A stretch of 64,000 nucleotides of DNA from Octopus bimaculoides (GCF_001194135.2 NC_068989.1:77687713-77751712); one strand, 5' to 3'. Numbered from the stretch's first letter, positions 38,901 through 53,330 are shown. Notes: generated by a model from the letters alone, not told the origin. Program-made: numbers and translations.

Positions 38901-39193
38901 CAATAATTGAAACAAGCTTGCATTATTCATCTGACGTCCGTTATTTCATTTACAGATTTGCTACCGTCAATGCGATCGTTTATCAATATGTCCTGCGTTT
39001 GGAATAAAGTTTAGTGTTAGTTTAGTTGTATAATTTGGTGTAACAGAATATTATTTGCATTTATGATCTCATAAGTCGACTGATTTCTAAAAATGTTATC
39101 TTTCATAAGTTTAACCTTCATATTTGTACGTCAGGTACATAATTCTTTGTTCAAAGACATCAGGACTATAATTGTGATATCATTTGGAGATTA

Positions 39194-39397
39194 AGGCAGC
39201 AAGCTGGCAGAAACGTTACCACGTCGGACGAAATGCTTAGCGGTATTTCGTCTGTCTTTACTTTCAGAGTTCAAATTCCGCCGAGGTCGACTTGTCCTTT
39301 CGGGGTCGATAAATTAAGTATCAGTTGTGTACTGAAGACGATCTAATCGACTGACACCGTCCCTCAAAATTTTGGGCATTGTGCCTAGAGTAGAAAA
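39194..39397 (+). mobile_element. SINE family A
   Basis: GGCAGCAAGCTGGCAGAAACGTTAC...GAGTTCAAATTCCGCCGAGGTCGAC...GGGGTCGATAAATTAAGTATCAG. Confidence 0.9.
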
Positions 39398-39585
39398 GTC
39401 TACTTAATTCATTAAAATTATTAACACATTATATTTGTCAGACTCATTTTCGATATTTTCATTGTCATTAATCATAATACTTTCATCGTAACCTTTAACT
39501 TTTTTGACAAAAATACATGAGTTTTGTACGTGTTTTCTTTTATCATAACTGTAAACCTACATTTGCACCGCCTTCACTGTGTGTG

Positions 39586-39627
<42 letters not shown>

Positions 39628-40039
39628 NNNNNNNNNNTGTGTGTGTGTGTGTGTGTGTGCGTGCGTATGTGTATGTGTGTGTGTGTGTGTGTGTGTGTAT
39701 ACATATACATGAACATATATGTGTACATATATATATATAAACGAACACACACACATGAACTCATATACATATACACTCATACTCGTACATGTCGGTGAGT
39801 GACTGCGCAGTATCTGATAACTATTGGGCATGATTACCTATATCTATGGATGTATATATGCACACACACACACACACACACACGCGCGCGCGCACGTACA
39901 CATATATACACATAAATGATACCCAGGGTATTTGTGATAATAAATTTAGCTCTATCAAACCGTAAAAGAGAAACGATCTACCATAATGCCACCCAGCACG
40001 CAGTATCTTCATTTGTTCTTCAGATATACTGGCAGTGTT

Positions 40040-41170
40040 AACATGGCGGATTGAAATTTATCAGAGGATATGAAAAGTCACTCCATGCCCACGGCTATAG
40101 CCGTAGTTCACGGAAACTTGGAGATCCATAACTTTCTGAACAACTTCTCAAGTTCACAAAAAGCCTGAAGTTTTCCATCAAGGTAATGACATCAATGGCC
40201 TAGATAAAGTGCGGCCAGACGTCATCGGCGTGGCTGACAATATGGAGCTTAACCAGGATAGCCTCACCGATAATTCCCTCAGAAGCCAATATTCTATTCT
40301 AGCATTTTTGTGGATGTACAGAGAAATTAAATAACTAAACTTTAGTTAAAGAATTCTGTTTCTTCCTGAACGCGTACATTTCTTTCCTATTTGAGCTAGT
40401 TGTAAATGTATGTGCGCATGCACTATCACATAGCTTAGAATGAACATTGCCAGCAAACCGATGAGACAATCGGCGAGAAAATCAAACTGGTGGAATCCAC
40501 AACAAAGTAAGTGATGTACTAGGACATTAGATACATTTCCTAATTCGTGGTTAGATCGTGCTTTTTGTTGGACAAGACATGAGTGGATCATTTAATCTGG
40601 TCGAATCGTTAGCTGAACAAAAACATGTACTCCTAGAAATCCAACATACTTTTGTTTCTTTTGGTGAAGAGAAATTTGCAGAGAACCAGAATAGAAGTAG
40701 TAGGAATTGTGATGCACACAACACAAAGAACACTTCATTTTGGATGGTGCTAGGAATCATAAGTAACGACAGTCATGTCATGCCACCTTGCTTTCCGTTT
40801 GATCTCACAACCAGAACCACTAACTCGTTACGTTATTGAACATGATCGTAAAGCTGTACGTTAAGAGATTCCACAAGAATACGATACTCGCTCCAGCTGG
40901 TTTCTGCTCTCTCACGCATCTTGCCATCTAAGAGTACTTTGCTAAGAATTTTTCGAATCATGACACACTTTCATGATATAATTTTTTAAAACTTCAAACC
41001 ACGCACTACCATATAATGGGGTATCTTCGAGAGGAAGAACAACTGGTGGTTCTACTATAACAAAAAGTAAGTTGAAAGATTACATCCTCGATGTAATGAA
41101 TAAAATTAACGATAACTATCTGATCGGAGAATTAAAGTCTCTTTTGTGACTGCATGGTAGTTACAAATTA
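40040..41170 (+). mobile_element. Older, heavily decayed DD37D maT-type transposase
   Basis: FVSFGEEKFAENQNRSSRN...MVLGIISNDSHVMPP aligns with FFSDEK...MVFGVITNDGNVMPP of the 5073 element; an N-terminal-like stretch MAD*NLSEDMKSH...LEIHNFLN starts at 40042. Confidence 0.65.
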
Positions 41171-41764
41171 GACTGAGAACGATTCTACTGAATTATCTGT
41201 TTCTTAGATATATCTTGGTAAACATGGGTACATACCTCTAGAAATATGTTTTTATGATTAATAATATGTAGAAAGAGATCGATAGAGCTGATGAAAACTT
41301 TGTTCGTACATGGTGCATTTCGATTATCTTTATTCTGTTCTTGGAGCGTATTGCATTTCTTCGCGAACATTGTTTAAAATTACACATTTAAAGAGCAAAC
41401 TTATAGTAGTCTTTACTAGGAAACTCAAATTCAATTCTTAAGGATCCCGGCGTTCATCGTTGATGTATATTTTATAGTCGACAAGTTTCGTTTTCCGTGT
41501 TGTGGCATTATTTCACACATATTAATCATAATACACTGTGTGGTACGGTATTTTTATAGTGATCAATAATCTTGTTAGGCAAGTGACGTACAGTGTTATC
41601 TACTAGACAGCATATAACATATCCGCTGTCTAATAAATGCTGACATATATGATGGATCCAGCTTGAAGTAATTCCATTTCATTCACTCCACTTAAGTGCA
41701 ATTTTCATCAGTAATCAATAGCTTGAAAAGGCTGGTCTTCTGCTGATATTCTACATGAAAGCGA

Positions 41765-41996
41765 AGCGCATGAATTTATGTACAATCGCTCGGCTTCCTA
41801 GGAATACCTTTCAAAGCTTCCTTAAATTATTCCCCTTATATCCTCGAAAATTTAGTTACATGTCTTCCTACGCGGTAAGAAGCGCATGAATTTATGTACA
41901 ATCGCTCGGCTTCCTAGGAATACCTTTCAAAGCTTCCTTAAATTAGTCCCCTTATATCCTCGAAACTTTAGTTACATGTCTTCCTACGCGGTAAGA
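41765..41996. repeat. 116-bp tandem duplication (2 copies, 2 mismatches)
   Basis: 41765-41880 versus 41881-41996, AGCGCATGAATTTATG...CTACGCGGTAAGA. Confidence 0.95.
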
Positions 41997-42564
41997 AGAG
42001 CGTAATTTATGTCCGGCAAAACCCAAACAAACTACGAGATCCAGACATAGCACTTCGTGAATAAAGACAAGCAACCAGAGAAACCTGTTATATTCTTGTT
42101 CTCCAAAACAAAGTTTCGAAGATGACTAGAGGATTATAAGAAAACGAAAATCCTAGATATATGGAAAGACAGAATGATTACGATTTTAATGTAACCAACA
42201 ACAATAATAACAGACACGTAGTGTGAACTCAATTTCAGTGTAGTCACCTTGATGTCTTCAACTTCATTTATAATCTATTTTGCACGAATTGAAGAAAAAA
42301 CATACTTTTTAACGGTTCCAACGCGTCATGTACTTGTCATATTTTTCAATAAATATTTGACTTCTACAGTAAACACTTGCTTTTCTCCACTCACCCGCAC
42401 CCAAATTTACCATTTCTTTGTCACAAGTATATATTTATCAATTGTTTTCTGAAAACAAATTGGATTTCAAAACTATGTGCCAGCCACTTGATTGCTTCAG
42501 CTCTCGTGTCATTCATATTTGCTTCTTTTTTAGAACTTCTGTTCAGCGGTGCGCAAATGTCAAC

Positions 42565-42639
<75 letters not shown>
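42565..42639. repeat. (GTA)n microsatellite
   Basis: About 25 perfect units. Confidence 0.95.
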
Positions 42640-42640
<1 letters not shown>

Positions 42641-42956
42641 ATGTTGCTCTGTGAGTTGCACTTAGAGGAATCAGACACTGAAGCTTTACACTACGTAAAC
42701 TAATAATGTTCCATCACGTGCTGCTGGTAGTGAATGCTAGTTCAAAAGCCAAAACTATTTAATACGATATAAAAGAGTGGGCGGTTATTAAATAAAAAGA
42801 CTGCAATCCGATAGAGATCTCCTGTACTGTGTTAACTATCACCCAAAGATGTAACAGAAAATTATATGTGTGTGTGTGTATGTGTGTTTGTGTGTGTGAG
42901 TGTGTATGTATATGTTCATGTATGTATGTGTATGTGTGTGTACGTATATATATATA

Positions 42957-42988
<32 letters not shown>

Positions 42989-43153
42989 CATATATAACCG
43001 TCTATATATATACGTATATATGTCTAAGCATACACACGCGCACGCACACACACACACATATATAGTGTATATGTATATGTTTGTATGTACATACTCATAT
43101 ATATATATTATATATAAGCGCATGCATGCTATATATAGACGTATATGGGCAAC

Positions 43154-43203
<50 letters not shown>

Positions 43204-43632
43204 CATTCATGCACACACACATACATATATAAATAATACACACACATACACACACAAACATATATATATAGATAGATGTGTATGCATAATGTTTCCGCTT
43301 TTTTATATTCAATCTGCTATTATTAAATTACGAGGGTGTTGTGAAATATTTAATAAGATTTGAGCAAAATAAAACTTATTTCAAATAAAGTCTTTCGGTT
43401 TGAAGAATATGAGAGCAAATGCTAAAACATATACATAAAAAAAAGAACACAACTAAAAAACATTTAAACATCGCCTATTCCAACATATTGTTGCGCAATG
43501 AAGAACGAATGTACCTAATGAACGTTGCATAAGATGATTTCTTATTTAATTATGCAGCAGTAAAAATATCGTTTGCCATAATACATATTTCTAATATATT
43601 TAAGTAATTTATATCCACACACGCATACACAG

Positions 43633-43667
<35 letters not shown>

Positions 43668-44064
43668 CACACACATACAGAAACACACAAACAAACCCCC
43701 CCCCACACACACACACACGTATCAGTTCAACAGGGGCAATAGCGTTTTCTCTATAATGTGCAGGAGTTTAATATTTAAAATGTTGGTATTACAGGGAGAT
43801 CTTTCGACCCCGATGTAATATTAGTTAGATTTATCGCAAACTGTTGGATGCTGGAATTTCAACACAAATGTGTATAAAAACCTATATTCTCTTAACTGCT
43901 TTCCACTATTAATATGATCTGGCAATCAATCGTGTGAAACGTGATTCTATATCATGTGTTATTTTTATGTTGAATGTATAACACCTACGTCGTATCGAGG
44001 TGTAAGTGTCACTCTGTCTGTCTATATGTATATCTATCTATCCCTTTATCTATCTATCTATCTG

Positions 44065-44135
<71 letters not shown>

Positions 44136-44589
44136 CATGTTATATTATATACGCATTTATAATATCTATACATACACACACACNNNNNNNNNNCATATAC
44201 ATATATCCATACGTACACTCAAGAACAAAATAATAAGAATGGATTTTCACGATTAAGCACAAGACGTTCTGAAAATAAAAGATCCATTAACATTAAAAGT
44301 GTCACATCATAATTTAACGATATGTCTCCTAATCAAGTACATAACAGTCCCCTATGGAAATTAGTTGTGCCATATAACCTTGTTATAATCAAATAATCTT
44401 GATCTGCATGACCCCCACCCCGCGCCAACTGATCTAACATAAGAAATGCGAAAACTAATTTCTGAGTGTCAATGTGTCACACTTCGATCCCCTCTCTCAC
44501 TATTCATTAACTCTTCTAGTATTGATCATATTGGGATGAGAGTAATAGTAAGCATAGATACGGTGAGGGCGGTGGCGAAGACAGACATA

Positions 44590-44707
44590 GAAAGAGAGAG
44601 AGAGAGGGAGAGAGAAAGAGAGACAAAGAAATTTAGGGAGAGTTGATGATGTTTTTATTAAAATTAGTAGTGTTGATGGTGTCAGTGAGATTAAAAATAA
44701 GAGAGAA

Positions 44708-44758
<51 letters not shown>

Positions 44759-45097
44759 TGGACTAAGTAGTGAGCCAACATACTGAACTAACGTACTGAA
44801 CACAATTCTTTTACACACAAATTTAGGCTTATTGTGATGGTAATGGGGAGAGAGTAATAGTATGAGTTGAATTTTTGATAGAGGTGGAAACGGCGATGAT
44901 GGTGGTGATGGTGGAAGTGGAAGAGCAGGAGAAGGGGGAGAAGAAGAAGAAGAAGAAGAAGAAGGAGGAGGAGGAGAAGAAGGAGAAGGAGAAGGAGGAG
45001 GAGAAGTAGAAGGAGGAGGAATAGAAGGGGAAGAAGAAGAAGAAGAAGAAGAAGAAGAAGAAGAAGAAGAAGAAGAAGAAGAAGAAGAAGAAGAAGA
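44590..45097. repeat. (GA)n and compound purine trinucleotide arrays (GAA/GAG/GGT)
   Basis: Direct inspection. Confidence 0.9.
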
Positions 45098-45512
45098 TAT
45101 TGCTTCCACTCTGGAGGCACCGGCAAGAAACACATATATACATGTGTGTGTGTATGTGTGTCGTAAGGAGAATCCAGAAACAGATTTTTCTTAAGGTTCA
45201 GCATACTGAAGTGCTTATAATATGTTTAATATGAATGATGACTATTCTACTTTTACTAGTATCTTACCTATTTTGTGTATATTTGCATAACTTCTTTTCT
45301 GCATATCGAATTATAACTTTGTAGATCTTCAGTGTAAGACTATTTTGTGATTTTTAAAAATATTTCTGCAATAGAGTAGAAATGACACGAATGAAACTTA
45401 TCAAAGAATAATATTCTGGCCAAACAGTATGAAAGGCGATAACTATGTTTGAAAATACGTGTGCGTGAATATATGCGTGTGTACCTGTGTATGTGAGCGT
45501 ATATGTCAATGA

Positions 45513-45546
<34 letters not shown>

Positions 45547-46434
45547 GTCTATCTATCTATCTATCNNNNNNNNNNNNNNNNNNNNNNNNNNNNNNNNNNN
45601 NNNNNNNNNNNNNNNNNNNNNNNNNNNNNNNNNNNNNNNNNNNNNNNNNNNNNNNNNNNNNNNNNNNNNNNNNNNNNNNNNNNNNNNNNNNNNNNNNNNN
45701 NNNNNNNNNNNNNNNNNNNNNNNNNNNNNNNNNNNNNNNNNNNNNNNNNNNNNNNNNNNNNNNNNNNNNNNNNNNNNNNNNNNNNNNNNNNNNNNNNNNN
45801 NNNNNNNNNNNNNNNNNNNNNNNNNNNNNNNNNNNNNNNNNNNNNNNNNNNNNNNNNNNNNNNNNNNNNNNNNNNNNNNNNNNNNNNNNNNNNNNNNNNN
45901 NNNNNNNNNNNNNNNNNNNNNNNNNNNNNNNNNNNNNNNNNNNNNNNNNNNNNNNNNNNNNNNNNNNNNNNNNNNNNNNNNNNNNNNNNNNNNNNNNNNN
46001 NNNNNNNNNNNNNNNNNNNNNNNNNNNNNNNNNNNNNNNNNNNNNNNNNNNNNNNNNNNNNNNNNNNNNNNNNNNNNNNNNNNNNNNNNNNNNNNNNNNN
46101 NNNNNNNNNNNNNNNNNNNNNNNNNNNNNNNNNNNNNNNNNNNNNNNNNNNNNNNNNNNNATATATGTATGTATGTATGTATGTATGCAAACAACATCAC
46201 CTCGAGACCTCAGTGTCTTTTCCATTGAAAAGCTTTATAGAAATGTCTTTATTTGTTTTCCTTCCGTGGTATTTTTTTTCGTCTGACAATACATTTCCTT
46301 TTCAGTTGTAATTCTTGTCGAAAACTGAATAGAATTTAAAACAGCAACAAATACCGTTCTGTGCGAATAACTTGTGTCAACGCTTTGAATAGATTCTTTT
46401 TCTGGGTTTTTTTTTTTTGAGTAAGGTTGACTGG

Positions 46435-46690
46435 TCGAGTCATTGTCATCATCATCATTGTCATCATCATGAGTCTCGTTGTCATCTTGAAATTCACCGT
46501 CATTACGATGATTATTGTCGTCTCTACCATCATCATTGACGTCGCTATCGTCAGCATCATCAACATCATCATCGGCATCATCAGCAGTAACCTGGACAAC
46601 AACAACAGCAACAACAGCAATAGTATCAGAACTAGCAGCATCACCACCGACAGTCACAACAGGACCATCAGCAGCAGAAGAGGTATTTTC
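46435..46690. repeat. Degenerate compound trinucleotide array (CAT/CAA/CAG)
   Basis: Direct inspection. Confidence 0.85.
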
Positions 46691-48235
46691 ATCATCAATA
46701 TTAAAGACATTTGTCTTTTTCTTAAGATAATGAAGTAAGGAGATTCCTGCCGCTAAGGAGTATTAAATTAAGAAGATAAAAATAAATCAAATTATATTGA
46801 AATCTTATTATTTCTCTACAATCATTTTAGTTTCAATAATTATTCCTGTAGTTTTTCAGTTTCCAATTTCATTTGATTTAACTTCATGGATCAAAGAGAA
46901 ATGTGTCGTAATCAGTATTCGGTTTGTTTAAATTTTCTTATATATTTTTCTGGGATATTTTTATTAAAAAATGGGTGAATGAACTTACTCTTTCTCTAGG
47001 CCTAAATTGAGAAATATCTTGTAATGATTCATATGTTGTTATGTTTTCAACAACTGCTTTGTCTTCATGTGATATTATCGAGCGTAAATGATCCTGACAG
47101 AGCCCACACTTCTTTAGAATATTGATTGCGCCAAAACATTTACAGAAATAAAGAACAATGCATAAAAGAATAAGTTAAAAAATGAACATGACAAAAATTC
47201 AGAAATTACCGAGATGAAGAACAACTAGCACAAGAATACGGAATGGATGAATTAGGAATAGACAATATTAGTCAACTGGAAATCGGCATAGCAAGAGTTT
47301 ATCGTTAAATCAAAAAAGAAAATATTGTTTGATACATGTAGAAAATGCTTTAATCCTAGTCATCTATTTTTCATCATTGCTGCAGTATAACGATTTTATT
47401 GAATATTCTCTTTGGTTATTTAAATGTGCTGCTTTTTAGTTTATTGAAACATCTGTTGATGATTTTGTGTTCATGAATTTTATTTAGAAAAAAAAAAAAA
47501 AAAAGCTGTGCTTGCTCTGAGTATTTTCCTTCGAAGTGACGATTATATAAAGATTTTCACTCAATCGAAAATCTAAACGCCTCCATGTGCTCGAGAATGA
47601 TATTATATTGTCAAAGACTGTCAAGAGCAGTGTATCATATAAAATATGTTATGGCTAGCAATATATATATATATATATACTTTGCTTCACATTTTATATA
47701 CGTTATTTCGTATATTTAATAGTCTGGAAGTAAAGAATCAACGTCGTCGCATTCACTCACAGTCATATTACGTTTATGGAATTTTTTAAATTTTAAACCT
47801 ATGTAATAAGGTATAACGATGTAAGACTTTCTAATAACCTCTTAGAATAATGTAACTTTGCAGAGAAACAGAGCATATTTTGACTTAGTTGGTTACGTGT
47901 CTCACATATAGTCACTAAACAGCTGATTTTAACCAAATCACTGACATCAAAATATATTAATAACAAAGCCATGATAACTTAAGAAAGTCACAAAGAAAAT
48001 AGACATCATAGCTGACACTATGAGGTTGGAAAGAAAGTCGTGTCGCATTTTCATATGAGAAAGAAGAAAATGCTTCAATGCTTTTAATTGGTATATTTGA
48101 TAAGGCTACTATTTCTCCACATTATTTGTTAGATAATCCCATCTCTTTGGCATATAGTTGATCTCTGGGGCGTAACATTCTTCAGGTTTTGAAAAAAAAA
48201 AAGAGAAAAAAAACATTCAGTTTCATTTTTAACAT

Positions 48236-48617
48236 ACTCTCTTTACTCCTTAGTCTTTTACTTGTTTCAATCATTTGACAGCGGTCATGCTGGAGCACCC
48301 CGTTTAGTCGAGCAAATCGACCCCAGGACTTATTCTTTGTAAGCTTAGTACTTATTATATCGGTATCTTTTGCCGAACCGCTAAGTTACGGGGACGTAAA
48401 CACACCAGCATCGGTTGTCAAGCGATGTTGAGGGACAAACATACACACACACATATATACATATATATGTATTCTTTCAGTTTCCGTCTATCAAATCCAC
48501 TCACAAGGCTTTGGTCGGCTCAAGGCTATAGTAGAAGACACTTGCCGAAGCTGCCACGCAGTGGAACTGAACCTGGAACCATGTGGTTCGTAAGCAAGCT
48601 AGTTACCACACAGCCAT
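48236..48617 (-). mobile_element. SINE family B, full length
   Basis: Well-preserved reverse complement of family B from head (GTTACCACACAGCCA) to tail (CTTTTACTTGTTTCAATC). Confidence 0.92.
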
Positions 48618-50248
48618 TCCAACGCCATCTTCACAAATAATTTTTTTTTTCTTCTAAATAATGTTGCAATAATATCAAAAGGTAATAATCAGATGAAGCA
48701 GCATTAGGAGAGTAAAGATGATAAGGCAAAATTTCTATATTTAGTGCATTAATGTTTTTCTAGGTGATTTGGGAAATGCGTAGTCTTTTATTATCGTATA
48801 AGATCAACACAATTTCATGATTCACCTATGATAGGGCCCTTTCTAGCAACTACTTATGCAAAGCTCCAAAATGACACAGTTCTCTGCATTAACTGTTTCA
48901 TTTTGCTTTAACATTTCGTCATTTAATAACACACTTAATGTATACATGAAACGTAGACAAGTACTTCATGTATATATAACTTTCCTGAAAAATATTTGGG
49001 AAGACGTCATAAAGCATATCAAACTGACGAATGACGAACGCAGAAATGTATGTATGTCACGACTTTATGCTGACTTCAAGAGGTCATGAACGGCAAATGG
49101 TGCTTGTTAATTCACTTTCTTTTTAATTTATATAACACTATCTCTTAGCATCGAGGTTTTGATAATGTGGTTGAATATTTTTAGAATGATATTGTAGGAT
49201 ATATTTTAGCGATTACCCACTTAGCGTGTTAAAAAATTTATAAAAAATATGTATTGTAGGGTAGGAATGAAAGGCCGCATTTGGACGTTTTTTTACATAA
49301 ACCAGGTAGAATATTTGAGCTAGATATGCCTGGTTTAAATGGTAAGAATTAAGAAGATTTCCATATTTTAAATTGAAGATTTATCAAGGTGACTTAATGT
49401 TGTTATTTGCCTCGTAGTATGTGTAGCGTAAGGAGGAATTTGTCAGAAGACTGCTTTATTCTCTGAAAAGCTGAGCAGAATCTGGAAGTCTTGTATGTTT
49501 CTACATATATTGAGGGGGAAATAAATCAATTTAACATGCACATGTGCAACTGCAGTCCAATAACTGAAACCAAAAAAGAAATTGCAAGAAGATAGACATT
49601 AGCTGTAGTGACCCGCGAGTAATATACACAAAATAATTCCTGCCAATTGCTGCCCTGAGTAAAAAGGATTCAGAACAGAAATAATCGAAAATTCCGCGCT
49701 GGTTTGACTTACACTAAATGAAGACGAGCAATTCGTTAATGGTTTAGCTTCTTTTATCAATCATGCTTACGTCCATGCTATGGTTCTGTCTTATTGAAGT
49801 ATCTTACAGAATCATAACCGATCAACTTCGTCAAGAAAACAATTTATTTATGCATTAAAAATATTATCTAAGTCTAAAATAAATAAATGAATAAATAAAT
49901 ATATGTATTTAGAAGAAGACATTAAAATGCAGTAAAAATATTTCTTTGATACATTTTGTCTGAACATTTCTTTTACTGTGGATTCTCCATAGACTATTCA
50001 GACTGTTCTTTGCAGATAGCTATTGAAAGAAATCAGAAGAAAGCGTGGCAGTAGTTGTTCATTTTTTTTTCAGCCTTGAAAAAAAGGATATACAATGAAA
50101 TAGAATACTGATTCTTTTATAATCTCTCTCTTTCGATGTATGTATGTATGTATGTATGTATGTATGTATGTATGTATGTATGTATGTATGTATCTATCTA
50201 TCTATCTATATATCTGCCACTTTCTGTTTCTCTTTTTCTCTCTCTCTT

Positions 50249-50294
<46 letters not shown>

Positions 50295-50423
50295 NNNNNN
50301 NNNNNNNNNNNNNNNNNNNNNNNNNNNNNNNNNNNNNNNNNNNNNNNNNNNNNNNNNNNNNNNNNNNNNNNNNNNNNNNNNNNNNNNNNNNNNNNNNNNN
50401 NNNNNNNNNNNNNNNNNNNNNNN

Positions 50424-50461
<38 letters not shown>

Positions 50462-50476
50462 GCATATATGTTTGTG

Positions 50477-50510
<34 letters not shown>

Positions 50511-51448
50511 TTTGTGTGCATGTGTATGTTGGTTATTTTGAATGCGTATGTATATGTGTGCGTGTATGTTTCAACAGCAGTCTGTTCTACATGGATCATT
50601 TTGAAATTTTTTTCTTTCTATTACCATAAATTTCAAAGGCTAGCACCGTTTCTCAGGAGGAATATCTTCTCACCCTCATTTAAAGTAAATACATCAATAT
50701 ACTTTATAGCTATTCATTTCTATAATTTTTTACCGTATTTTTTCAAATATTAAAATGAATTATAATGTTTATTTTAGAAAATAAAATAAGAAACAGTGAA
50801 TATATCATTTTCAAGTAATCCTGAATGAAAATTTTTTAGCAAAGTCAGAAAGTAATTTTCTTCGTTCGTTTATATTCGAGATGTCTGGTTATATATTTTT
50901 TCATCTTCATCATTGCTAAAAGTTTTTGAATGATTTTTTCTATGGCTATTCATTGTCTGTGATAATGGGATTTCAGTTTCATATAGAATTTGTTATTATT
51001 ATTTTTTGCTCATAAATAACTGGTCTGTGAACAATGGTTGAGAAACGCAGCATACGATGGAGAAGAGAAGCAAAATCGTATATCATAAAACAAAACAAAA
51101 AATAAGACAACTGTAATGTTGATAACAATTACTTATTAACCTCTCTTACTAAATGTTAGCCTTCAGCATAATGAAAAATATCACTCTTGTTTCAGATTTA
51201 TTTCAACTGACATCTGTTAGAGTTATTCATTATTTGTTTTTATCAAGTGACCTATAAAGTTAGTGCTTAGTATTTTGTCCCGAACTTACCTCTCATAACC
51301 ACGCTCATTATGAGATAAGCTTAGTCACCAGCATAACTGTAAGTTTTTAAGTCCACATCCGCAGTGTGTTCGATCCAGCTCCGCAGTATTTCGAACCAGT
51401 GGCTGTTATTATTATTATTTCTTTATTTAATAATAGTTTATTTCTACT

Positions 51449-51650
51449 GCGGTGAACTGGCAGAATCGTCAGTACTCTGACAGAAAAACATAGCGGCATT
51501 TTGTCCGTCTTCACATTTTGTGTTCAAACGCGATCGACTTTGTTTTCATCAAATCGAGAACGATAAAATAAGTACGAGCTCAGCACTGAGATCGATGAAA
51601 TCAACATATTCTCTCCCTCAAATTAATAGTTTTGTGCTAAAATTTCAAAG
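51449..51650 (+). mobile_element. SINE family A, old copy
   Basis: GCGGTGAACTGGCAGAATCGTCAG...GTGTTCAAAC...GATAAAATAAGTACGAG. Confidence 0.75.
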
Positions 51651-51670
51651 AGTAATAATATTCATTATTA

Positions 51671-51920
51671 TTGGGTTGGTCCATAAATATTGCGGCTTTT
51701 TTTTTCAACAAATTTTATTCAACAAAAACTATAACATATAACAAAAACATCTTTCAATGATTATTCCGGAGCATATTCACCATCAACTTCAATTACTGAT
51801 TCCCATTTGCTTCGCAAGCAGTCAGACCATCATTTAATAATGTTTTTGTTAAATATTGTTATTGTATTTGTTGAATAAAATTTGTTGAAAAATAGCCGCA
51901 ATAATTATGCACCAACCCAA
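51671..51920. mobile_element. Mariner-derived fold-back MITE (250 bp, about 80-bp inverted ends, TA target duplication)
   Basis: TA|TTGGGTTGGTCCATAAATATTGCGGC...GCCGCAATAATTATGCACCAACCCAA|TA. The centre encodes on the minus strand LRSKWESVIEVDGEYAPE*, the C-terminus of a mariner transposase. Confidence 0.92.
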
Positions 51921-52177
51921 TATTAATACTGGATCTTAGGATTGACAAATGGTTTGTGCATGGGATTTTGCGCGGATACAACCGTGCGGAATCCCATCGA
52001 ATGTGTTGAGCTTAGGAAATATGTCTCCGAATCTGATACCGCACCAAATTTTAGTTCGTAGTAGTAGTCATTACATTTTCAAGATCATAATGTCAGTATC
52101 CGTTCAATATAATTAGGTACAAAGTCGCTAGCGGATGATACATAAAAATCAACATTCACTCACACACATACACACAA

Positions 52178-52408
52178 GGCGGCGAGCTGGCAGAGACGTT
52201 AGCACGCCGGGCGAAATACTTAACGGTATTTCGTCTGCCGCTACGTTCTGAGTTCAAATTCCGCCGAGGTCGACTTTGCCTTTCATCCTTTCGGGGTCGA
52301 TTAAATAAGTACCAGTTACGCACTGGGGTAGATGTGATCGACTTAATCCGTTTGTCTGTCATTGTTTGGCCCCTCTGTGTGTAGCCCCTTGTGGGTAGTA
52401 AAGAAATA
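52178..52408 (+). mobile_element. SINE family A, young full-length copy in a (CA)n tract
   Basis: GGCGGCGAGCTGGCAGAGACGTTAG...GTGGGTAGTAAAGAAATA; nearly identical to 21891-22112. Confidence 0.95.
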
Positions 52409-52880
52409 ACACACACACACACACAGACTCAAGCACTCATCTTAATAACAAGATTTTTATTTAGTTTCTCATTTAATCTCATAAGAGTCTTTAAACATCT
52501 AACAACAACAGTACCCAAAAACATCTAAAAAACAACAGTATCCAAAAGAACATTCAAAATCAAACTTGAAAAAGAACAGTCGTAATAAAATTGACAAAGA
52601 AATATATAATTAATAAGAAAATTACAAACTCGTCTCCTTCATCAAAACTTAATGCACGAAGAGGCAGAAAACTAACAGCAACTCAATTAACTCAAAACGC
52701 AAGCAAGTGAAAAAACAAAAGCATGAGACCGCACCAGCACACACTCCAACGAAAATAGATATATTACCAAAAGCGAGTTGTAACAGATCTCGCCTGAGGA
52801 TCTAAGTGTCGTGAAACTCAAGTCACTACATAAAAAAGCCGTTACTGTTTTATCCGTGGTCCGCGGATAAAAGCAAATTT

Positions 52881-53330
52881 ATGTATATGGCTGTGTGGTA
52901 AGAAGTTTGGTAAGCCATGTATATGGCTGTGTAGTAAGAAGGTGACGAGCTGGCAGAAATGTTAGCAAGCCGGGCAAAATGCTTAGTGGTATTTCGTCTG
53001 CTGTTACATTCTGGGTTCAAATTCCACCAAGGTCGACTTTGCCTTTCATCATTTCTGGGTCGATAAATTAAGTACCAGTTACGCACTGGGGTTGATGGAA
53101 TCGACTTAATCCCTTTGTCTGTCCTTGTTTGTCCCCTCTATGTCTAGCCCCTTGTGGGCAATAAAGAAATAAGAAGTTTTCTTCCCAACATGTTTTCGGA
53201 TTCAGTCCCAATGCATGGCACCGTGGGTAAGTGTGGTCTTCTCTAACATCTGAACAACCAAAGACTTGTGAGTGGAATTTGGTAGACGGAAAATCAAAGA
53301 AGCCCGTCCTATGGGCATGTGTGTGTTCTT
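52881..53330 (+). mobile_element. SINE family B (duplicated head) with nested SINE family A at 52942-53169
   Basis: B head ATGGCTGTGT(G/A)GTAAGAAG occurs twice. The A copy is flanked by a TAAGAAG direct repeat (52935-52941, 53170-53176) and B resumes at TTTTCTTCCCAACATG. Confidence 0.9.

Noticed and set aside
47195-47308. Protein-like peptide KFRNYRDEEQLAQEYGMDELGIDNISQLEIGIARVYR*
   Set aside because: Only 37 codons, no start, no polypyrimidine acceptor and no recognised family.
49130-49350. Possible remnant of a TTAA-type MITE
   Set aside because: Only one degenerate end is visible and there is no second copy in the window to confirm it.
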